A stretch of DNA of 39,495 nt from Steroidobacteraceae bacterium (lineage in GTDB: Bacteria > Pseudomonadota > Gammaproteobacteria > Steroidobacterales > Steroidobacteraceae), in assembly GCA_035760205.1 (NCBI GenBank), contig DASTTJ010000109.1, forward strand, positions 1 through 39,495. Direction: 5' to 3'. Each line of letters opens with the position of its first letter. Position 1 is the first letter of the stretch. Below are positions 18,360-26,744 of this stretch, piece by piece. Under the pieces are notes generated by a model. It did no database searches, was not told where the DNA came from, and saw only the letters and a program-made list of their open reading frames with translations. Both the position numbers and the translations under genes were made by a program.

Positions 18360-19164
18360 CCGCGCGATCGACTTGCGAATGGCTGCCGAATTCATGCCAC
18401 TCGATGGTCATCGTGGCGCGCGAATCGCGTGCCGGCAGCCGGGCAAGCGCCACGACGTGCCGATCGCCGACGTCGAACTGGCGGAATGACCAGCGTGCCG
18501 CGTGCCGATCGTCGGCCCGGTCGAAGGTGCAGGCGCCCGCGTCATCGATTCGAAACGTCATGCGGTCGAGGCCGCCCGCGATCCCGGCGCCAATCGCCTT
18601 CAGATAGGCCTCTTTCAGAGTCCACAGACGCAGGAACCGGCGTGGTTGCGCGTCGCCAGGCAATGCCTCGAGCGCATTCACTTCGACCGGAGAGAAGAAT
18701 CTGCGTGCCACTTCGAGTGGCACTTTCTTCTCGTAGATTTCCACGTCGATGCCGAGCGCCGCACCTCGCGTTACCGCCAGCGCCACGAGGCCGCGCGTAT
18801 GCGCCAGATTGAAATCGAGACCGCTCGCGTCGAACGGCGGCGCAAGCGCCGGGCGGCCGGTGGCGCCGCTGATAAATTGCAGATCGCGGGGAGCGGTGCC
18901 CGGCAGGTATGACGCGAGCACCTCCCGTTGCAGGCCGCGCGCGAGACGATGCAACCTGCGCGCCGGCTCGACCAGGAAGCGCCCATCGCGCACCCGTTCC
19001 TCGTCCGACATCACCGCCATGAATCGTTCGGTGTTGCCAGGTACCTCGAGCAGCGTCTCGAACGCGAGCCAGACGTGAACGGTGTTGGCCTCGATCACCC
19101 GCGAATTCTCAGGCCAGGAATGCGGCAAGCTCGTCCCGTTTGCCCAGCGTGTCGCGATATCCAA
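18322..19164 (-). CDS. Sfp/EntD-type 4'-phosphopantetheinyl transferase
   Basis: Motifs GIDVE and [10 protein letters not shown]. The TTG start at 19164 overlaps the patatin gene end; an alternative GTG at 19098 lies 10 nt after the patatin stop. The 3' end overlaps the mgtE 3' end by 38 nt. Confidence 0.8.
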   Translation of the reverse strand: MDIATRWANGTSLPHSWPENSRVIEANTVHVWLAFETLLEVPGNTERFMAVMSDEERVRDGRFLVEPARRLHRLARGLQREVLASYLPGTAPRDLQFISGATGRPALAPPFDASGLDFNLAHTRGLVALAVTRGAALGIDVEIYEKKVPLEVARRFFSPVEVNALEALPGDAQPRRFLRLWTLKEAYLKAIGAGIAGGLDRMTFRIDDAGACTFDRADDRHAARWSFRQFDVGDRHVVALARLPARDSRATMTIEWHEFGSHSQVDRAVKSGTALRALTT

Positions 19165-20260
19165 GTTCTATGAGCTCACGCGTATAACCGGATTCGAACA
19201 TCAGGTAACTCGCGAGCAGGCTGCCTGCGGTTCCACGCGCGCCGATGATGCGCATCAGCGACCTAAGGCTCACAGGAAGCGTCTTGAGATGCCGCACGGC
19301 GAGCTGCGAGGGATCGACGCTGGGGGCGATGAGCATGGTGCGGATCTGGCGCGTGCCGGGCGTGCCGCCGGAAAGGGTCGACAGCCGGTTGATGCGATTG
19401 AGGTTTTCGAGGTCGGCGGATATCTGGTCGCTGAACAGCGTATCGAGCATGTAGCCGAACAGCTGCCCCGGCGTCGGCGGTGAATCCGAGGCGACGAAGC
19501 GAGGTATCAGATCGAGATGCGTGGGTCGCACGCCCAGCACCAGCAGCCGATCGGCACCGAGGTGAATGGCCGGCGAAAGCGGTGCGGTCTGGCGCATCGC
19601 GCCGTCACCGAAGTATTCGCCGTGCAGGCTCATCGGCGGAAAAAGGAACGGGATGCCGAGGCTGGCCATCAGGTAGTCGAGCGACAGTGGCACGCGTTCG
19701 CCGTGCCGTTGCGCCCTCGACCATTCGCTAATGGTGGTCTCCGCCTCGAAGAACGACACTGAGCGTGCAGTGAAATAGCTGGTGGCGCACAACGCCAGCG
19801 CGCGCAAATGGCCCTGGGCCACGTTCACCCGTATGGCATCGAAATCCGTCACCGTCGCCAGCAGCTCGCGCAGCGGTGAATTGTCGAGCAGTGATTTCGG
19901 TGGACCGATCATGCCGCCCGTGAACAGCGAACCCATCCAGCGCGCGCCGGCCTTGAGCATGGCCATCGCGTCGGACCGGAACACCTGCGCTACGTGGAAA
20001 TTCGCCCAGACCTTCTCGATTTCGCCCACCGACTGGTGCCAGCGAGTCACGTTACCCGCCAGGATGCTGGCCGAGACGGCGCCGGCCGACGTTCCGACGA
20101 TGATGGGGAACGGCCAATCGGGGCTGACATGGATTTCAGCGAGCGCCTTGAGGACGCCTACCTGATAAGCGGCGCGCGCGCCTCCGCCAGTCAGGATCAG
20201 ACCCGCGCGAGAAACAGTGCCGGCGCTGCTAATATTCGCCTCCCCCACGACCCATCCCAT
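19109..20260 (-). CDS. patatin-like phospholipase (RssA/NTE-like)
   Basis: 383 aa. GGGARAAYQ oxyanion motif, GTSAG nucleophile elbow, catalytic Asp in FGDGAMR. Confidence 0.85.
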   Translation of the reverse strand: MGWVVGEANISSAGTVSRAGLILTGGGARAAYQVGVLKALAEIHVSPDWPFPIIVGTSAGAVSASILAGNVTRWHQSVGEIEKVWANFHVAQVFRSDAMAMLKAGARWMGSLFTGGMIGPPKSLLDNSPLRELLATVTDFDAIRVNVAQGHLRALALCATSYFTARSVSFFEAETTISEWSRAQRHGERVPLSLDYLMASLGIPFLFPPMSLHGEYFGDGAMRQTAPLSPAIHLGADRLLVLGVRPTHLDLIPRFVASDSPPTPGQLFGYMLDTLFSDQISADLENLNRINRLSTLSGGTPGTRQIRTMLIAPSVDPSQLAVRHLKTLPVSLRSLMRIIGARGTAGSLLASYLMFESGYTRELIELGYRDTLGKRDELAAFLA

Positions 20261-20275
20261 TTGACGGAGAACCCC

Positions 20276-20833
20276 ATGCTCGCACTTCGAAGGACTTTGG
20301 TCACCGCCCTGATCGCGATGACTGCAAGTGTATGCGCTCAGACTCCCGCCGCGGCACCCGCGGAAGGATCGGCGGCGCCGGCACTCAAACTACAGGACCA
20401 GACCGGCAAGTGGCAGACGCTGGAACAGTACAAGGGCAAGTGGGTGGTGTTGTACTTCTACCCGAAGGACTTCACTGGTGGCTGCACTACCCAGGCCTGT
20501 GAATTGCGCGACAACATCTTCGCATTCCGCAAGGCGGACGCGGTCATTCTCGGCGTCAGCGTCGACGACGTCGCTTCGCACGAAAAATTCGCCAAGGAAC
20601 ACAGCCTGCCGTTCGACATCCTTGCCGACCCGACGCGCGAAGTATCCAAGTCGTACGGTGTGCTGTTCAACGCCGGCGTCACTTCGCTCGCGAGCCGCCA
20701 GACGTTCCTGATCGGCCCCGACGGCAAGATCGTCAAGCACTGGGCCAAGGTGGATCCGAAAGGCCACTCCGACATGGTGCTCGCCGAGATCAAGGCCCAT
20801 TCAGTGGACAAGGCGCCCGCGAAGGCGAGCTGA
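20276..20833 (+). CDS. bcp: AhpC/TSA-family thiol peroxidase (Bcp-like) with an N-terminal signal peptide
   Basis: 185 aa from ATG 20276 (GGAGA SD). [23 protein letters not shown] signal, then [16 protein letters not shown]. The track start at 19994 overlaps the patatin gene in antisense. Confidence 0.85.
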   Translation: MLALRRTLVTALIAMTASVCAQTPAAAPAEGSAAPALKLQDQTGKWQTLEQYKGKWVVLYFYPKDFTGGCTTQACELRDNIFAFRKADAVILGVSVDDVASHEKFAKEHSLPFDILADPTREVSKSYGVLFNAGVTSLASRQTFLIGPDGKIVKHWAKVDPKGHSDMVLAEIKAHSVDKAPAKAS

Positions 20834-20854
20834 CCGCCCGATCAGCGCTTCAAG

Positions 20855-20891
20855 AAAAAGGCCCGGCGTGAGTTGCACGCCGGGCCTTTTT
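20855..20891. terminator. bidirectional rho-independent terminator
   Basis: AAAAA-GGCCCGGCGTG-AGTTG-CACGCCGGGCC-TTTTT: an 11-bp GC stem between the convergent bcp and DUF2846-like genes. Confidence 0.85.
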
Positions 20892-20909
20892 CGTGGGCTG
20901 TCTCCCGGT

Positions 20910-21383
20910 CTATTTCTTCTTCGGCTCGTTGACCACGGGGTCGAGGTCCTGCCCCGTATTGTCCTTGAGCTTGACCTTCATTCCGTCGAATGCGCCCTTG
21001 TCCGACGGCGACAAGTTGGGATGCCCGGCGAGGAAACCTACTGATATGGCACCGATCACGTAATACGTTTCACCGGGCTCCACTTCCAGTGTGAGTGCAT
21101 CTTTGGCTTCCGAGTGCACTTCGTACACGTGTTTGCCTGCCGGAACCTGCACCGTGCAATAACTTCCACTCTTGAGCTTGCACAATTCGACGCCGTTTTC
21201 GCGAACCTTGTAGCTGATCGCCGCACCGGCAAACTTCTTCTCGCGGAAGAACACCACTGTGCCGGTGCTGGTGTCAGCCGCGGCAGCGCCGGCAGCCGGC
21301 GCCGTGGTGTCCTGCGAGTTCGCAGCGAACGGCGTCAGCATCGTGAGCGCGAGAGCCGCGCTAAAAATCCTGTGCTTCATCAT
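20910..21383 (-). CDS. secreted DUF2846-like protein
   Basis: About 157 aa from ATG 21383/21380 (GGAGGGGAGGAG upstream). Signal peptide MKHRIFSAALALTMLTPFAANS. The pattern VVFFREKKF...VPAGKHVYEV...VEPGETYYV resembles DUF2846 as I recall it. Confidence 0.55.
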   Translation of the reverse strand: MMKHRIFSAALALTMLTPFAANSQDTTAPAAGAAAADTSTGTVVFFREKKFAGAAISYKVRENGVELCKLKSGSYCTVQVPAGKHVYEVHSEAKDALTLEVEPGETYYVIGAISVGFLAGHPNLSPSDKGAFDGMKVKLKDNTGQDLDPVVNEPKKK

Positions 21384-21969
21384 CTCCTCCCCTCCGTTTA
21401 TCAACCGGCGACAATGCCGGCATTTGAATCTCCATCGCGACTTTGGCGCTGGCCACGGTGCCGCGCGGAATGATCATCGCGCCCCCGACCACGAACAGCC
21501 CCAAGGGACCCGTGACGACGGCGGCTGCCAGCGACTCATTCAGACGATCTCGCCCACTCGCCCCGAGCGAGAAGGAGCGCAATCGCACTTCGAGTTCGCC
21601 CACGCGGACAAATCGGGCGGCGAGCAGAAGCTCGCCTGGCTTGCCACCCGCGCCGGACCTGGCGGCATGGATTACTTCTCCTTCGCCTTCGCTGCCCGCC
21701 GGAATCACCATTGCACCGCCAACCAGAACGTCCTCGTCGATGAGGATCCGGAAACGATCGCCATTCCTGTGTTTCTTCGACGATATTTCTTCATCGATGC
21801 GCACGTAGAGCGGGGTGAGCGCGGGAACTGACACCCACGTGTCGGGTGCCACTGGGGCTTCTGTCGCCGGCACCACTTCGATGACATCAGACGCCCGGGT
21901 TTCGTTTCCCTGGCCAATGCCTTGAACCACACTGAGACACAGGGTGGCGACGAATGCTCTAGCTAACAT
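21361..21969 (-). CDS. hypothetical secreted protein
   Basis: About 202 aa from ATG 21969 (overlaps the VWA gene stop by 11 nt). Signal-like MLARAFVATLCLSVVQG. Gly-rich beta-type body (GDRFRILIDEDVLVGGAMVIPAGSEGEGEV). No family recognised. Confidence 0.5.
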   Translation of the reverse strand: MLARAFVATLCLSVVQGIGQGNETRASDVIEVVPATEAPVAPDTWVSVPALTPLYVRIDEEISSKKHRNGDRFRILIDEDVLVGGAMVIPAGSEGEGEVIHAARSGAGGKPGELLLAARFVRVGELEVRLRSFSLGASGRDRLNESLAAAVVTGPLGLFVVGGAMIIPRGTVASAKVAMEIQMPALSPVDKRRGGDDEAQDF

Positions 21970-23167
21970 GCGGCGAATTATATGAACCCGCGCGTCGCAG
22001 CTCACGCATTGCGTGATCGAGGCCATCGAGCGTCAGTGGAAACATGCGTCCGCCGACCAGATCGCGGGTGATCGCCACCGACGGCGTCCATTCCCAGCGG
22101 TCTTCCGATTCCGGGTTCAGCCAGACCAGGCGAGGAAAGTGGTTGGCAAACCGGCTCATCCACACGCGGCCGGATTCCTCGTTCCAGTGTTCCACACTGC
22201 CGCCCGGCTGCTCGATTTCGTACGGACTCATGGTGGCGTCACCGACGAACACCACACGGTAGTCGGAGTTGAACGTGCGCAGCAGTGTCCAGGTGTCGGT
22301 GATCACGCTGAAACGCCGTCGATTGTCCTTCCACAGCCGCTCATAGGGAAAATTGTGGAAGTAGAAGTATTCGAGATGTTTGAACTCCGCGCGGGCGGCG
22401 GAGAACAGCTCCTCGCAAACCTTGATGTGCGGGTCCATGGAGCCACCCACATCGAGCAGAAGCAGCAACTTCACGGCATTGCGCCGCTCCGGCACCAGTT
22501 TCAGGTCTAACAACCCGGCGTTGCGCGCCGTGGCGTCGATGGTGCCATCGAGGTCCAGTTCTTCCGCGGCACCTTCCCGCGCGAAACGGCGCAGGCGTCG
22601 CAGCGCCATTTTCAGGTTGCGCGTGCCGAGCTCGACGCCATCGTCGAAGTTGCGATAGTCGCGCTCATCCCACACCTTGACCGCGCGCCGGTGACGGGAA
22701 CTGGCCTGGCCGATGCGTACTCCTTCCGGGTTGTATCCCTGGTTGCCGAAAGGCGATGTGCCGGCGGTGCCGATCCACTTGTTGCCGCCTTCGTGCCGTT
22801 CACGCTGCTCGGTCAGCCGCTGCCGCAGCGTCTCAAGGAGTTTGTGCCAGCCCCCCAGGCTTTCGAGGCGGCGTTTTTCCTCTTCGCTAAGCAGGTGCTC
22901 GGCGATCTGCTGCAACCATTCGGGCGGCAATTCCGCCATGATTTTCTCGAACAGCTTCTGCGCACCATCGAAGTGCTGCGCGAAGACACGATCGAAGCGG
23001 TCGAAATGCCGCTCGTCTTTCACCAGCGCCATGCGGGCGAGATAGTAGAAATCTTCGGGCGAGAGGCCGGCCAGGCGTGCTTCGAGCGCCTCGAGCAGCG
23101 ACAGGAACTCGGGAAGCGTGACTGGAACGCCCCCGGCGCGCAGATCGGTGAAGAAGCGAATGAGCAT
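21959..23167 (-). CDS. CoxE-type von Willebrand factor A domain protein
   Basis: 402 aa. N-terminal MLIRFFTDLRAGGVPVTLPEFLSLLEAL is typical of VWA_CoxE. MIDAS-like LLLLDVGGSMD. Confidence 0.8.
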   Translation of the reverse strand: MLIRFFTDLRAGGVPVTLPEFLSLLEALEARLAGLSPEDFYYLARMALVKDERHFDRFDRVFAQHFDGAQKLFEKIMAELPPEWLQQIAEHLLSEEEKRRLESLGGWHKLLETLRQRLTEQRERHEGGNKWIGTAGTSPFGNQGYNPEGVRIGQASSRHRRAVKVWDERDYRNFDDGVELGTRNLKMALRRLRRFAREGAAEELDLDGTIDATARNAGLLDLKLVPERRNAVKLLLLLDVGGSMDPHIKVCEELFSAARAEFKHLEYFYFHNFPYERLWKDNRRRFSVITDTWTLLRTFNSDYRVVFVGDATMSPYEIEQPGGSVEHWNEESGRVWMSRFANHFPRLVWLNPESEDRWEWTPSVAITRDLVGGRMFPLTLDGLDHAMRELRRAGSYNSPHVS

Positions 23168-23175
23168 CGGTAGTG

Positions 23176-24120
23176 CTAGAGACCTTGCGCCGCAGCCGCT
23201 TCTCTCTGCAGCAGAGTCGCGCGAACGCTGGCGAGATGGTCGTCCTGGGTTTGATCGAAGACCGCTCTTTGGTGGCTGGTCAGTATTTGCCCCGCACGCT
23301 CACGCAAACGTGCGCTGTACTGGGTGATCGACTCGATCTGCTGCGCGGCGGTGGTGTAGGTGTTCGGGTAATACGTCATTCCAGCCAGGGTTCCCTCTCC
23401 ATTGACCTCCCCGCCCTGCTGAATTGCTTCGCGATGCAAGCGCGCGCGCTCGTCGGCGAACGCGGCAACCATTTGCTCCATCTGGTCATTGGACATCGCA
23501 TGCGCGGCGGGGAGCAGCGTGCGAAAGCGATTCACTTCATTTCGCTCCCCGATCGTCTGCTGGTATGTCTGGTAGCGCCCGAACTTATCAGTACCCAATA
23601 ACGCGGCCAGCTCCTGAGTTCGTGTGAGCTCATCCGGATCGCCCTGTCGAAAATCGCATCCTTTAGTGGTCTGGCAGCGAAGCATCGTGGCTTGCCTCGC
23701 GACCATCTGTTCGGCAAGCAGGTCCAGCAAACGGTCGCTGTCGTCGGCTCTCAACCCCAGGAGTTCCATGAGACCAGGATTCGACATGCGCAACGAGGCC
23801 CGCGTGGCCCTGAATGCATCCGCGCGAGCATCAGGATTGTCGAGCCAGCGCAGGTAGCCTTTTGCATCCAGCATTGGTGGTCCCTTGAACTGCGCTTGCC
23901 GTTCATCCTGCCGCGCAGCCGTGGAAGCTTGCGGGGGATTCTCGGGACTTACGGCACCTTCGGGCAGGTGGGCACGTGAATCCAATGGCAGGGAAGGCGT
24001 GCTTTCTGACGCCACCGGGGTTGTTCGCTGCCGTTCGATGTCCAGTTGCCGCGCAAGATAGGCCGTGGATGCCGCGAATACCGACGTAGTCACCCCGAGC
24101 ACGACGACTAGTTTGTTCAT
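23176..24120 (-). CDS. hypothetical membrane-anchored periplasmic protein with LTXXQ-like helical repeats
   Basis: About 314 aa from ATG 24120, 17 nt after the MoxR stop. Anchor MNKLVVVLGVTTSVFAASTAYLA. Helical, Q/R-rich, with LTSHQRAVFDQ and MSNDQMEQMV motifs. Confidence 0.6.
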   Translation of the reverse strand: MNKLVVVLGVTTSVFAASTAYLARQLDIERQRTTPVASESTPSLPLDSRAHLPEGAVSPENPPQASTAARQDERQAQFKGPPMLDAKGYLRWLDNPDARADAFRATRASLRMSNPGLMELLGLRADDSDRLLDLLAEQMVARQATMLRCQTTKGCDFRQGDPDELTRTQELAALLGTDKFGRYQTYQQTIGERNEVNRFRTLLPAAHAMSNDQMEQMVAAFADERARLHREAIQQGGEVNGEGTLAGMTYYPNTYTTAAQQIESITQYSARLRERAGQILTSHQRAVFDQTQDDHLASVRATLLQREAAAAQGL

Positions 24121-24136
24121 TTCAAACGCTGCGGAG

Positions 24137-24991
24137 TCAGCGCCCCGCGCGGCGGTTGAGGAACACGAGTTGCTCAAACAGGTGCACGTCCTGCTCGTTC
24201 TTGAGCAGCGCGCCGTGTAACACGGGGATCATTTTCTTCGGGTCGTTGCTGCGCAGCGTTTCGGGCGCGATGTCTTCGGCGAGAAGTAATTTGATCCAGT
24301 CGAGCAGCTCTGAGGTGGAAGGTTTCTTGCGCAATCCGGGGGTCTCGCGCACTTCGAAGAATGACGTGAGCGCTTCGCGCAACAGCGCCGGCTTCAATCC
24401 GGGGTAATGCACGCGCACGATCTTCTCCATCGTCTCCGCGTCGGGGAAGCGTATGTAGTGGAAGAAGCAGCGTCGCAGGAACGCGTCCGGCAGTTCCTTT
24501 TCGTTGTTGCTGGTGATGAGGATGATCGGCCGGTGCCGCGCCTTCACCAGCTCGCGCGTCTCGTGCACGAAAAATTCCATGCGATCGAGCTCACGCAGCA
24601 GGTCGTTGGGGAACTCGATGTCGGCCTTGTCGATTTCGTCGATGAGCATCACGGGCTGCACCGTCGACTCGAACGCCTCCCACAGACTGCCCTTCATGAT
24701 GTAGTTGCGGATGTCGCGCACTTTTTCATCGCCCAGCTGCGAATCGCGCAGGCGGGACACGGCGTCGTATTCATACAGGCCGTGGTGCGCCTTGCTGGTG
24801 GACTTGATGTGCCACTCATACAGCGGCCGCTTGAGGGCGGTGGCGATCTCCGCGGCGAGCTGCGTCTTGCCCGTGCCGGGTTCGCCCTTGATGAGCAGCG
24901 GCCTGCCGAGAGTGACCGCCGCGTTGACCGCCATCATGAGGTCGGGCGTCGCGACGTAACTTTCGGTGCCGGTGAAGCGTGCTTCGGTCAT
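24137..24991 (-). CDS. MoxR-family AAA+ ATPase (CoxD-like)
   Basis: 284 aa. Walker A GEPGTGKT, Walker B VMLIDEIDKA, sensor region ILITSNNEKELPDAFLRRC. Confidence 0.9.
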   Translation of the reverse strand: MTEARFTGTESYVATPDLMMAVNAAVTLGRPLLIKGEPGTGKTQLAAEIATALKRPLYEWHIKSTSKAHHGLYEYDAVSRLRDSQLGDEKVRDIRNYIMKGSLWEAFESTVQPVMLIDEIDKADIEFPNDLLRELDRMEFFVHETRELVKARHRPIILITSNNEKELPDAFLRRCFFHYIRFPDAETMEKIVRVHYPGLKPALLREALTSFFEVRETPGLRKKPSTSELLDWIKLLLAEDIAPETLRSNDPKKMIPVLHGALLKNEQDVHLFEQLVFLNRRAGR

Positions 24992-25011
24992 GCCCGCGAG
25001 CTTATGCCGTG

Positions 25012-25033
25012 CCGGGTGGCGGTGGCCACCCGG
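25012..25033. other. GC-rich hairpin (CCGGGTGGC-GGTG-GCCACCCGG) between blaR1-like and moxR
   Basis: 9-bp perfect stem in the 60-nt spacer. No U-run in the transcribed orientation, so it is not a classical terminator. Confidence 0.3.
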
Positions 25034-25051
25034 CCGGCGCTGGAAAATCGC

Positions 25052-26269
25052 TCAGTGCGCCAAATCGAATTTCACCTTGAACCGCATTGAAGCCACCCGC
25101 GGGTTCTCGTTCACGAATGTCGCCTTGTATGCGACTTGCAGCGCCGCGTCGGCAAAACCGAATCTGGGGTCGGCCGGCAGCACTTCCAGCACCCGGGCAT
25201 CCACCACTTGCCCGGACGGGTCCACGTCGACCTCGACCACGGCATTGCCGGACACTTTCTCGTGTTTGGCGACCGCGGGATAGTAGTTGTCAGGATCTAC
25301 GCTAGCTTTGAGACGCACCGGGAGCACCGGCGCATGACTCGCAGGCGGGGGCGTGGCGACCGTCGCCGCAGGCTCCGCCGGCGGCGCGGCGCGCGTGGTC
25401 GCAGCAGCGAACACGACGACGGGGATGAGCAACGCGAATCCCGCGTAACGAGCGGCGCGCGACAGCGCGCGCGCGGGCGGGACGCGAGCGAGAAGGCGTT
25501 CGATGCGCTCGGGAACATTTGATTCTGCGACGGACATGGCAACGCTCCTGGAGTTGGGGTGACGGGCGAAATCGAGCAGCAGCGCGGCGTAGGCCACCGG
25601 ATCGTGGCGAGCGCCAACGACCGCGTCGTCGCTGGTGGTTTCCGCCAGCGTTTCGAGGCGCCGCTGCAGCCACCACGCGAGCGGACTGAACCAGAAGATC
25701 GCGGTGTGGATCTGCGCCAGCCATGACCAGTACCCATCCCGAGAACGCACATGCGCGCGCTCGTGCTCAAGAATGGCGTCGAGCCTCTCCGCGGGCCACG
25801 CCTCCGCCCCCGCCGGCAGCAGCACGATCGTGCCAAAAGTCGCCGGACTGCGGACCTGCGCGCTGATGCGTACGTCGTCGGGTATCGTCATCGGCCGCGC
25901 CGCGCGGCTGACGCGCCACATGGCGGCGAGACCTGACACGAGGCGTACGAGCAGCAGCAGCGCGATGCCCAGGTAGATAGCCACGAGTGCGCGCGCGGTC
26001 AGCCAGGAGGTGGACGCCGTCGCCGTAGGCGCGTTCGTGCCGCCCTCAGCGGCCGCTGCGATCACCGGCAGGTCCAACGAAGTCGCGAAACTTGGCGCCA
26101 GACGCCAGTAGAGCAGCGCCGGCAAGGCCAGGCCCGCGATCAGGACCATTCGCCACACCAGAGCTTCGACGTGCGGGTTGCGCACCCGGGCGATTCGCAT
26201 CGCGAGCCAGACGGCGGCGCCCAGAAGCAGCAGGCGCAACGCGCCGTTCACAAGGATTTCGAGCGTCAT
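25052..26269 (-). CDS. BlaR1/MecR1-like M56 metalloprotease signal transducer with a C-terminal TonB_C domain
   Basis: 405 aa. N-terminal TM helices, zinc motif HERAH, Pro-rich linker (PPAEPAATVATPPPASHAPVLPV), C-terminal YYPAVAKHEKVSGNAVVEVDVDPSGQV...KVKFDL. The ATG overlaps the blaI TGA (ATGA). Confidence 0.85.
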   Translation of the reverse strand: MTLEILVNGALRLLLLGAAVWLAMRIARVRNPHVEALVWRMVLIAGLALPALLYWRLAPSFATSLDLPVIAAAAEGGTNAPTATASTSWLTARALVAIYLGIALLLLVRLVSGLAAMWRVSRAARPMTIPDDVRISAQVRSPATFGTIVLLPAGAEAWPAERLDAILEHERAHVRSRDGYWSWLAQIHTAIFWFSPLAWWLQRRLETLAETTSDDAVVGARHDPVAYAALLLDFARHPNSRSVAMSVAESNVPERIERLLARVPPARALSRAARYAGFALLIPVVVFAAATTRAAPPAEPAATVATPPPASHAPVLPVRLKASVDPDNYYPAVAKHEKVSGNAVVEVDVDPSGQVVDARVLEVLPADPRFGFADAALQVAYKATFVNENPRVASMRFKVKFDLAH

Positions 26270-26664
26270 TTTTTTCTCCTCGTCACACCCTCGTCCGACT
26301 GCGCGAGAGCGATCTTCTCCGCGAGGCGCGTCAGCTCACGCCGGTCGAGGATGCGCGTATCGACGAGCCCGACGAGCACCTCTTCGAGCGAGCCGCTGCA
26401 GAAACGGTCGACGATTCGTTTCACCGCGCGCGCGGCGGCGCGGCCGCGCGTGTCCGCGGCCTCGTAGATGAAAGTGCGTTGATCCACCCGATGCGTGAGG
26501 TGGCCTTTGGCCTCGAGTCGTTTGAGCACCGTGCGTACCGTCGACTCCTTGAGCGGACGCGACAGCGCCTTCTGCACCGCGTCCGCAGTGGAGGGACCGC
26601 GGTCCCACACGAGCTGCAGGACTTCACGTTCGAGATCGCCCAAGTCGGAAACGTTGTGTGACAT
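26266..26664 (-). CDS. blaI: BlaI/MecI/CopY-family transcriptional repressor
   Basis: 132 aa winged-helix (LEREVLQLVWDRGPSTADAVQKAL...TVRTVLKRLEAKGHL). Confidence 0.9.
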   Translation of the reverse strand: MSHNVSDLGDLEREVLQLVWDRGPSTADAVQKALSRPLKESTVRTVLKRLEAKGHLTHRVDQRTFIYEAADTRGRAAARAVKRIVDRFCSGSLEEVLVGLVDTRILDRRELTRLAEKIALAQSDEGVTRRKK

Positions 26665-26680
26665 TTCGTTGCTACTCGTT

Positions 26681-26705
26681 GTACTGCTACACAGCGTAGC
26701 ACTAC
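26681..26705. promoter_or_regulatory. candidate BlaI operator: dyad GTACTGCTAC-ACAGC-GTAGCACTAC
   Basis: 10 of 12 positions are symmetric around 26693. The dyad lies 17-41 nt upstream of the blaI ATG. A further GCTAC copy sits at 26671-26675. Confidence 0.5.
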
Positions 26706-26744
26706 AGGGATGCGCACTGCCAGCACTTTATTACCGGGTTGGAG

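Noticed and set aside
19190-19199. GGATTCGAAC (reverse complement GTTCGAATCC), resembling a tRNA T-loop
   Set aside because: The flanking bases do not form a T-stem or an acceptor stem, and it lies in-frame inside the patatin gene (FESGY).
19109-20260. Patatin-like lipase as a CBASS or other anti-phage effector
   Set aside because: No cyclase/CD-NTase, sensor or other defence gene is adjacent. The neighbours are a PPTase, bcp and mgtE. The N-terminal and C-terminal regions look like housekeeping RssA/NTE-type patatins.
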